From assembly GCA_041745835.1 (NCBI GenBank), contig JBGTIA010000745.1:1-31362 (forward strand): a stretch of 31,362 nucleotides of DNA, given 5' to 3'. How positions within the stretch are numbered: position 1 is the stretch's first letter; each line of letters opens with the position of its first letter. The translations under genes and the position numbers were made by a program. This document shows, piece by piece, positions 24,781 through 31,362 of the stretch. This DNA comes from Ilumatobacteraceae bacterium (GTDB lineage: Bacteria > Actinomycetota > Acidimicrobiia > Acidimicrobiales > Ilumatobacteraceae). The notes under the pieces were generated by a model. It saw only the letters and a program-made list of their open reading frames with translations, made no database searches and was not told where the DNA came from.

Positions 24781-25872
24781 TCAGAGCAGGGCACCGAGCA
24801 CCGTGCCATGGGGGTAGGCCGCTTGTTGCTCGGGCCACTGCAGCAGGAAGACATCGGTGACCGGTCGGATGAGGCGGGCGGTCATCGTCACGAGGTCGAT
24901 GCGGTCGTAGACCTCGACGTAGACGGTGACCGTTCCGAACAGCCGCGACAACCAGAAGAACGGCACAGCAACGCCTGCTCCGGTGGAGACGATGACGTCG
25001 GGTCGTTCCTTGTACATGAGTCGCGCAGCCAGTGCGAGATTGCGAATGAGGTTCGGAATGTTGCGCGTGGTGGGAGTGAAGGCAAACCTCACTCTCTCGA
25101 ATTCGAGGAGCGATCGCACCGACACGAGGTCGAAACTGACCCAAGAACGTTCGTGCTTCGCGAACCACGGTTTCAGGGCCCAGCACTGCGCCAGATGTCC
25201 GCCGCCCGATGTCACCAGCATGATGTGGTATTGCTCAGGGCTGGAGTCCGGGCGCCGACGGCGTCTGAAGCGTTGCGGAAGGCGTGGCTTACCCGGACGT
25301 TCTCCGAGGTACACCGCGCGATCAACCACAGCAGCAAACGCATCGATGGTGGCCTCGAGCTGGCCAGCATCACCGACTTGGCGTGTCCGTTCCGGCTCGG
25401 AGAGTTGAGCGTCGATGAGCGCGGTCAGCTGGTGCATGTCGTTGGCGATCACGACGTTGCCGCGATCCGACATGAATTTCGCGAAGCGCTGCTGGTGGCT
25501 GTCGATGTGTTCCCCCCGGCCGGGGTCACGTGGTACCACGATCGGCACCCGGCCGCACTTCATCGCATCCGTGATCGTCGCTGGGCCACCGTGGCAGACG
25601 ACGACGGTCGCCGATTCCATGTACTTGGCCATCTCGGCAGGGGTGAAGTACGGCTCACTGTCGCCGTCGGCTGCGTTTCTCGACGTGCCGGTCTGGCACA
25701 CCGCCCGGATCGGAATGCCCTCTTCCCGTCGGGCGCGGACGTAGTCGTCGACGTAGTCGATCAGTCGGTCGAACTTGTGGTGGTCGGTGCCGACGGTCAC
25801 GAAGAGGTCGATGCTTTCGGAATCGTCGTCTCTCAGCACAATCGGTTCATTCGGTGTCTTCACATCCGCCAT
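24781..25872 (-). CDS. Fused PssE/CpsG (Alg13-like) and PssD/CpsF (Alg14-like) glycosyltransferase
   Basis: GGGAGG RBS before ATG 25872. N-half LFVTVGTDHHKFDRL...VVCHGGPATI...PIVVPR...GEHIDSHQ is PssE/Alg13-like. C-half MLVTSGGGHLAQ...DVIVSTGAGVAVPF...VYVEVYDR...FLLQWPEQ...YP...LG is PssD/Alg14-like. One uninterrupted frame. Confidence 0.9.
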   Translation of the reverse strand: MADVKTPNEPIVLRDDDSESIDLFVTVGTDHHKFDRLIDYVDDYVRARREEGIPIRAVCQTGTSRNAADGDSEPYFTPAEMAKYMESATVVVCHGGPATITDAMKCGRVPIVVPRDPGRGEHIDSHQQRFAKFMSDRGNVVIANDMHQLTALIDAQLSEPERTRQVGDAGQLEATIDAFAAVVDRAVYLGERPGKPRLPQRFRRRRRPDSSPEQYHIMLVTSGGGHLAQCWALKPWFAKHERSWVSFDLVSVRSLLEFERVRFAFTPTTRNIPNLIRNLALAARLMYKERPDVIVSTGAGVAVPFFWLSRLFGTVTVYVEVYDRIDLVTMTARLIRPVTDVFLLQWPEQQAAYPHGTVLGALL

Positions 25873-25890
25873 GCGCCCTCCCATCTATTG

Positions 25891-28602
25891 TCAGAAGATC
25901 CTGAGTGTCTTCTGGTACGCGCCGACAGCCGGATTGCCCGCTTGGTCAGTCATCGTCGAGTCGGCCAAGAAGGTGACCGTCGTCTGCGGCCCAACCGTCA
26001 GCAGGTCACAGTCGCCCGAGCACGTGCCCAGAGTCAGCGTGGTCGCGTCGCCGACGCCGCGCAACTCGAACGGTGATGCGAGGAACACCACTTGAGCGCC
26101 GGATCCGGTGATGAACCCGGGCGAACCTAGAGCGAGCACGCCGAAGAACGACGGGGCACTCAAGACGTCGTCGGATGCGCCGCCGTCGCTGAGACTCACG
26201 TCGATCGTCGAACGAATCGACGAGGCGTCGATCACCTCACTCCAGTCGACCGACAGGGTGTCTCCGGCCTCGGCGAGACCCGTCGTCCCGCTGTTCGACT
26301 TGCGAAAAGACAAGGGGACCGGGCCGGCCCCGTCGGAAGGTGATGTGAGAGCAAACGCAGCGTGATTCCCAGCAGCGTCCTGAATGGCGTTCGCTGCGTC
26401 GAGCGACACCTGCATGTCGCTCACCGCCGTCGAAGGCGCACCGACCCCTTCGACGATCAAGATGGATGCGACGTTGCCCGCAATCGAAACGCTGGTCAAC
26501 TGCCCGCCCGACGGGACATTCATCGCCGACCAGCCCGAAAGACACGGTGCGGTGCAAGTGGCGAGCGGCTCGTCGAACTCGGCGCGAACACTGTCGACGA
26601 GACCATCTTGGTCGATGTCGAGCATCACCAGCGCGACGAGCGTCGGCGGTGTTACGTCGGCCGGATCGGGGATGCGCACGGTCGTGAGGGTGCTTGCCTG
26701 ATTGTCCGTGGGATCGGCGTCGAGTCCTGTCGTGGTGACAGTCGCCGATGCAATGACCGTCTGCGGCTCTGCAGGCGCGACTGCGTCGACCGTCACCACG
26801 GCGATACCTTGGGAATTGACATCACCCAGGGTGCAGCTCACCGCCCCGATGAGCACGCTGCATGCGCCCGCCGAGGTGGTGACTCCCGCAACTGAGATCG
26901 GCGGGTCGAGTGCGAGTTCGAGGATGACACCGGGGGCGGCGTCTGGGCCGTCGTTCGAGACGGTGACGGTGTACTTCACAGTTCCCGAGACCTCGACCGG
27001 ATCTGCGAACGGCTCGATGACGACTGACACATCAGCGGTGCCCGGCACTGCATCGACACTGGTCTGCACGGTGACGGCGTTGTTGGAGACGTCAGGATCG
27101 GCAGCGTCGGAGAGCAGCGCCAGCGTCGTCTCGGCCAGTCCGGCCGCCGACGCCGTGAAGGTCAACGAGACGTCGGTCGTGTCGCCCGCGTTGACGAGCC
27201 CGACCTCACAGGTCACCACGGACGTGGCCGGGTCGGTCAGACACGGAATGGACGACGACCACAATGCGAGTGCAGGCGGGACGGTGACGGTCAATTGGAC
27301 GCCGGCCGCGCCCCGAGGACCCGCGTTGGCGATACGAGCACTGTACGTGACAGCGTCGCCGACCGAGATCGCGTCGGCCGATGTCGATGCAGTGATCGAC
27401 AGGTCAGCCGTGGTGGGAGCCTGATCGTCGATGAACTGGGCGAAACCCTGCTGGTCCCGTCCCCCCACTCGATCGAAATCTCCGCTGATGTGGAGGTACG
27501 GGCCACGCGCATCGACATCGACAATGCCCTTGATGCCGTTGACCCGAGGATTCCAAGTGGGGTCGACCGCACCGGTGACCAGATCGACGCGAGCGAGTTG
27601 GTTGGTCTCGAAGCCTCCGATCTTGAAAAAGTGCCCTCCGAAGTACCCGAAGTCGCCACTTGCGGCGACGCCCTGGACGTTGCCGTCGGCGCGGACGCTC
27701 CAGAGTTCCTCGCCGGTGCTCCTGGCGAACGCGCCTGCCGTACCGCCAGGGCCAGCGCCTGCCAGGAGTATCCGGTCGCCGACGAGTTCGATGTCGAGCA
27801 CCGGATACGAGGGGTGATCGGTGGGGAAGAGAGCCCCGGAGACGGGGTCGAGCGCAGCGAGTCCCCTCGCTGGGACACCGTTGACCGTGGAGAAGGAGCC
27901 GGCGGCGAAGATGCGATCGCCGTCAGCGATGAGCTTCATGACCCGAGCATTCGCGGCCGGTCTCCAGGTCGGATCGAGAGCACCAGTCTGCGCATCGAAT
28001 GCGGCGAGACGGGTGCGCGGCTCGGTGCCGATGTTGCCGAAGAAGCCGCCGATGTAGACCTTGTCGGCGGAGGCAGCGACGGACCGTACCCCCTTGTCGG
28101 GAGCGGACGTCCTGAAGCCGAGGAGTGCGCCGCTCGCCAGGTCGAATGCAGCGACGTTCTTCCGGTTGACCGAACCCACCTTGCCGAAGGAACCGACGAC
28201 GTACAGCTTCGCCCCGTCGGGCGAGACGCTCAACGCGTTGACCGTTCCGTTCACATTGGGATTCCAGCTGGTGGGAACACCTGTCGCCACGTCGATGGCG
28301 GCCAGTCGGTTCCGGCCGACCGACGTGCCGTTGCCGTCGTCGAGCGAGGTGAACTTGCCGCCGATGAACAGCGTGTCACCGCTCTGCACGACTGCGTTGA
28401 CGAGGTCGTTGGCCTGCCACGTGTCGCTCGGCGTCACCGGGAATTCGGCTTCGGCGACACCTCCGACCCATGGAACGACTGCCACGGCAATCGCGAGTGC
28501 TGCAACCGTGCGAAGCAGTGCGCTCGACCGCAATCGGCGTTCGACTTGCGGCAAGCCCGAACGTTCACCGGCAAGCCGGCGCTGGTCATGGGCGGAGTTC
28601 AT
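25891..28602 (-). CDS. Large secreted protein: delta-60-like beta-propeller, two DUF11-like domains and C-terminal Ig-like domains
   Basis: Signal peptide ends VAEA; blades LFIGGKF, LYVVGSF, VYIGGFF, IFAAGSF, GYFGGHF; two ADLSI/ADVSV...GD.VTY...I.N.GP..A.GV units (DUF11 pattern); DIDQDGLVD and I/T.D.AGN motifs. The start overlaps the sulfotransferase stop by 17 bp. Confidence 0.82.
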   Translation of the reverse strand: MNSAHDQRRLAGERSGLPQVERRLRSSALLRTVAALAIAVAVVPWVGGVAEAEFPVTPSDTWQANDLVNAVVQSGDTLFIGGKFTSLDDGNGTSVGRNRLAAIDVATGVPTSWNPNVNGTVNALSVSPDGAKLYVVGSFGKVGSVNRKNVAAFDLASGALLGFRTSAPDKGVRSVAASADKVYIGGFFGNIGTEPRTRLAAFDAQTGALDPTWRPAANARVMKLIADGDRIFAAGSFSTVNGVPARGLAALDPVSGALFPTDHPSYPVLDIELVGDRILLAGAGPGGTAGAFARSTGEELWSVRADGNVQGVAASGDFGYFGGHFFKIGGFETNQLARVDLVTGAVDPTWNPRVNGIKGIVDVDARGPYLHISGDFDRVGGRDQQGFAQFIDDQAPTTADLSITASTSADAISVGDAVTYSARIANAGPRGAAGVQLTVTVPPALALWSSSIPCLTDPATSVVTCEVGLVNAGDTTDVSLTFTASAAGLAETTLALLSDAADPDVSNNAVTVQTSVDAVPGTADVSVVIEPFADPVEVSGTVKYTVTVSNDGPDAAPGVILELALDPPISVAGVTTSAGACSVLIGAVSCTLGDVNSQGIAVVTVDAVAPAEPQTVIASATVTTTGLDADPTDNQASTLTTVRIPDPADVTPPTLVALVMLDIDQDGLVDSVRAEFDEPLATCTAPCLSGWSAMNVPSGGQLTSVSIAGNVASILIVEGVGAPSTAVSDMQVSLDAANAIQDAAGNHAAFALTSPSDGAGPVPLSFRKSNSGTTGLAEAGDTLSVDWSEVIDASSIRSTIDVSLSDGGASDDVLSAPSFFGVLALGSPGFITGSGAQVVFLASPFELRGVGDATTLTLGTCSGDCDLLTVGPQTTVTFLADSTMTDQAGNPAVGAYQKTLRIF

Positions 28603-29536
28603 ATCCGTAACGAACCATGAGCGGGAATGTCATCGCCGCGATCACCGCCTGTTGGCGGCCCGCCATGGTCTGCTTCCATGCGTCGTCGCCGCGCAGGGGA
28701 ATCCAGCCTGATTGGTGGCGCATCGGGTTGCCGATCACGGTGTGTGTGAGGCCGAGTCGTACGCCTTTCGGCCCGAGGAAGTCCGAGAACGATGCATCGG
28801 CATTGACCCCGACGAGTTCGAGAATCCGTCGTAGGTGCGTTTCCGGGTTACGCACGAGATCCTCGTACCGAAGCAGGACATGGGGGGAGCCGTGCTCGAC
28901 CACGTGCATCTCCGCGTTGTACGTGACATACCGTGCGGCGCCGCTGAACCATGAGTAGCGAGGCATGTAACGTGTCATATCGAGGTCGTCCTCCATGCGA
29001 ACCTGCTTCATCCACGATGTCAGCGTGCCGCGCGGGTCGCGCACGAGATGCACGAAACGCGGTTCGATGCCCGGCGTCGCTTCAAGGAGGGCGGCGAACG
29101 AAGCGATCTTCGACGAGTCGACGATCACCTTGGCGCCCGACACCTCGCGCATCGCCCGGTAGAGGTTGGCCAGGATCTCGCCATACTCCGCAACCGCATC
29201 GTCGGTACGCGACCGGATCCCCTTGCGACGCACTGCGGGAAGATGCCACGGCTTGTCGACGAGCGAGCGGAGTTCGTCGAGGCGCACCGGATCCAGCTGG
29301 TCCCAGCCCCCGAAGGCCGTGCTGCCGACGGCTCCCCAGAACTCGCACTCGGCGAAGCGCTCTCCACAGCCGCACACTCGGTTCTCCACGAGACCGCGGA
29401 GGAATACGTCACGGATCTCCCCGACACAGACATACCCGTCGACGGCGCCGAGCATTCGCGACAGAAGCGTGCTGCCGCTACGTCCCCAACCGCCGATGAA
29501 CAACGTGTGAACGCTGTGCGGATTTCTGCTGTCCAT
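28586..29536 (-). CDS. PAPS-dependent sulfotransferase (Sulfotransfer_3/CHST-like motif set)
   Basis: FIGGWGRSGSTLL (5'-PSB), VCGCGERFAECEFW, IVDSSK, HLVRDPRG (3'-PB), LRYEDLVRNP. Confidence 0.92.
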   Translation of the reverse strand: MDSRNPHSVHTLFIGGWGRSGSTLLSRMLGAVDGYVCVGEIRDVFLRGLVENRVCGCGERFAECEFWGAVGSTAFGGWDQLDPVRLDELRSLVDKPWHLPAVRRKGIRSRTDDAVAEYGEILANLYRAMREVSGAKVIVDSSKIASFAALLEATPGIEPRFVHLVRDPRGTLTSWMKQVRMEDDLDMTRYMPRYSWFSGAARYVTYNAEMHVVEHGSPHVLLRYEDLVRNPETHLRRILELVGVNADASFSDFLGPKGVRLGLTHTVIGNPMRHQSGWIPLRGDDAWKQTMAGRQQAVIAAMTFPLMVRYGYELRP

Positions 29537-29905
29537 ATCGCCTCGCCGCCCTCTCGATCCGAGTCACCAGAGTACCACCAGCGTCGGAGGACGGTCCGGG
29601 TGAATCCCCGGAATTGCGAGCCTCTTGACGCAGGCGCAACGGTCCGTCAAGTATCTGTCTGGATGTACCGTGAGCGGTCTCCGGAAGTGAATCGGTGCCC
29701 ACCGAGGGTGAATTCCGGACCTCCGTTCGGCAACCCCCGGTGTACTTTGGGGTCCCAGCAAGGAGCTCCTCTTGTCTGATTGGAGTGCAGCGTGTTCCGG
29801 CCTGTCACACGCTGTCGTGTAATTGGTCGGTTGGTCACCGTCGTTGGGGCTTGGAGCGCCACAAGGAGGCGGGCTTCGAAAGCTGATGGCCGATGTCTCG
29901 ATATG

Positions 29906-29940
29906 GAGCTGCTCGCCTACATCGGCGTCGACCGCGCCTG
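29906..29940 (+). repeat. Right copy of island-flanking direct repeat (displaced duplicate of the LytR_C gene 3' end)
   Basis: GAGCTGCTCGCCTACATCGGCGTCGACCGCGCCTG translates ELLAYIGVDRA, versus ELLVYIGVDRA at 1013-1045. Confidence 0.9.
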
Positions 29941-30015
29941 CCTGGTTCCCCGCGCCCGGGTCTCCAGGACCCTCGATCGAACTCCGGGGTACCCCTCCGT
30001 CATGATGCATGGCGT

Positions 30016-30330
30016 ATGGAGTCCGCCACCACCGTCGAGTTCGCCGCCGCTGCCCGCACCCTCAACCGGGAAGCCAGACGGCGAGGATTGACCGGGCCGA
30101 GCTTTCGCTGCCCGCCTCGGCTGGTCGGTGTCGACCGGTCGATCCGTCGGCGGCCGGACGGCGCCGTCGTATCGATCCGCCTCAAGGGCCGCCCGCGTGG
30201 CGCGGTGATCGCCGACATGATCGAAGGTGTCGTCGTGGCCAACGGGCTGCGGCCGCCCGCCGCTGACCGTGTGCGCACCGAACTCTGGGCTGCCCTCGAA
30301 CCGGCCGCCGCCACCAGCTCCGCCGCCTGA
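30016..30330 (+). CDS. Small hypothetical protein (104 aa)
   Basis: MESATTVEFAAAARTL.REARRRGL.GPSFRCPPRL.GVDRSIRRR.DG.VVSIRL.GRP..AVIADMIEGVV.AN.L has protein-like composition and high-GC codon usage. The ORF-track extension to 29893 crosses the repeat and looks non-coding. Confidence 0.7.
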   Translation: MESATTVEFAAAARTLNREARRRGLTGPSFRCPPRLVGVDRSIRRRPDGAVVSIRLKGRPRGAVIADMIEGVVVANGLRPPAADRVRTELWAALEPAAATSSAA

Positions 30331-30408
30331 GCACCGGCGAACTCGAGTGAGGTGGGTCCCCGGATGGCAGGACGGGAGCCACCGAGAACGTCAGGATGAC
30401 ATCGCGGG

Positions 30409-31266
30409 TCAGACTTGCGTTGTCATCGGTTGCGGGGCGGTGCCCTTCACGCTGGTGCGGAACAGCTCGCGGCGGGCGCCGGGGTAGTCGTTGATCGCGA
30501 AGTGCTGGGTGGCGTTGTTGTCCCAGATCGCCAACATCTCCGGCTCCCAGCGCAGTCGACACGTGAAGTTGGGGTGCGTGGCGTGGGCGGTGAGGCGGGC
30601 GAGCAGCGAACGTGCCTCGTCGGCGTCCATCCCCTCGATACCGGTCGTGTACACCGAGTTCGCGTAGAGCGCCCGACGGCCGGTGCGCGGGTGGCGGATC
30701 ACCAACGGATGCGTCTCCACCGCGTACGCGTCCTGCGACGGCGCGACGGTCATCGAGCTCTTCCCGGCGACGGCTTCGAGGTAGCCACCGGTGCCGTAGG
30801 CCATCCCCGCCGAGTGCGTCGCCCGCAGCCCCTCGATCTGCTCCTTCAGTTTGTCGGGCAGCGTCTCGTAGGCGAGGTGCTGATTGGCCCACATCGTGTC
30901 GCCACCGGCGCCAGGCACCTCGTTGGCGTGCAGCACCGTGTAGGCGGGCGGGGCCGTGAGATACGACAGGTCGGTGTGCCAGGCGTTGGCGAAGTTCAGT
31001 TCGTCGCTCGGTTCCTTGATCACCCGGATCACGAACGGCCGCCCGTCGACCGGAGTCACGTACGGCGTCACGTCCCGTCCGCCGAGTTCGTCGGTGAACG
31101 CCTCCAACCGATCGAGGTCGAGGTGCTGGCGAGGGAACGCGACCACGAGGTGCTCGTCGAGCAGCTGCAGGATCGATTCGATCTGCGCAGCCGACTGCGG
31201 CGCGCTCACGTCGAGTCCCCGCACGATCGCGCCGCACGAACCGGCCAGCCGTTCCACCAACATCAT
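30409..31266 (-). CDS. TauD/TfdA-family Fe(II)/2-oxoglutarate dioxygenase (taurine dioxygenase/alkylsulfatase-like)
   Basis: ERLAGSCGAIVRGLDV, WHTDLSY (HxD), GGDTMWAN, HPLVIRHPRTGRRALY, IWDNNATQH.A (distal His). Start placed at ATG 31266 by RBS spacing (alternatives 31263 and 31272). Confidence 0.92.
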   Translation of the reverse strand: MMLVERLAGSCGAIVRGLDVSAPQSAAQIESILQLLDEHLVVAFPRQHLDLDRLEAFTDELGGRDVTPYVTPVDGRPFVIRVIKEPSDELNFANAWHTDLSYLTAPPAYTVLHANEVPGAGGDTMWANQHLAYETLPDKLKEQIEGLRATHSAGMAYGTGGYLEAVAGKSSMTVAPSQDAYAVETHPLVIRHPRTGRRALYANSVYTTGIEGMDADEARSLLARLTAHATHPNFTCRLRWEPEMLAIWDNNATQHFAINDYPGARRELFRTSVKGTAPQPMTTQV

Positions 31267-31362
31267 CCCCATCCTCGGACTGTACCGACCGACACCCACG
31301 GGCGAGTCCTTCAGGATCGGTCGTGCGGTGCCGATGTACGCTGCATGCACGTTCGTTGCGCC

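Noticed and set aside
29537-29870. c-di-AMP (ydaO) or c-di-GMP riboswitch in the operon leader
   Set aside because: GGGTGAATC-like words are present, but on the strand opposite the operon and without the rest of the consensus I could recognise. Not supportable without a covariance-model search.
86-31237. Many long overlapping alternative-frame ORFs (e.g. 3956-4762, 8628-10061, 11481-12341, 12362-13486, 14380-15747, 17904-19271, 19217-20413, 24541-26076, 27295-28620, 30182-31237)
   Set aside because: They are shadow ORFs expected in high-GC DNA. They lie antisense or off-frame to genes with clear motifs, and are Arg/Pro/Gly-rich without recognisable domains.

Overview
High-GC actinobacterial DNA, probably Acidimicrobiia/Ilumatobacter-like (inferred from protein repeat types, not from a marker gene). 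About 28.9 kb of the window (c.1048-29905) is a surface-polysaccharide island. It is bracketed by a direct repeat of the last 35 bp of a LytR_C-domain gene (1013-1047 and 29906-29940; 32/35 identical, with a perfect 23-bp core). The core is an 11-gene minus-strand run (29536 to 11576): three sulfotransferases, a PssE-PssD (Alg13-Alg14-like) fusion glycosyltransferase in reversed domain order, a Wzz/Wzc-like co-polymerase with a degenerate P-loop, Wzy, Wzx, an APH-fold kinase, and three beta-propeller surface proteins. An intact IS1380-family element (17828-19347, 21-bp TIRs, CTAA target duplication) sits at the wzx stop codon. The left half of the island has a GT2, LamG-PKD and PQQ-sugar-dehydrogenase-type secreted proteins, and two tandem secreted proteins sharing a near-identical GH26-like domain that appears to lack the catalytic nucleophile. 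Flanking genes are a partial PD-(D/E)XK-like nuclease, the LytR_C gene, a small hypothetical protein and a TauD-family dioxygenase. The best candidate for an undescribed system is a sulfated, possibly phosphorylated, Wzx/Wzy exopolysaccharide encoded together with its own matrix/lectin-like proteins. No rRNA, tRNA, CRISPR or integrase was seen.
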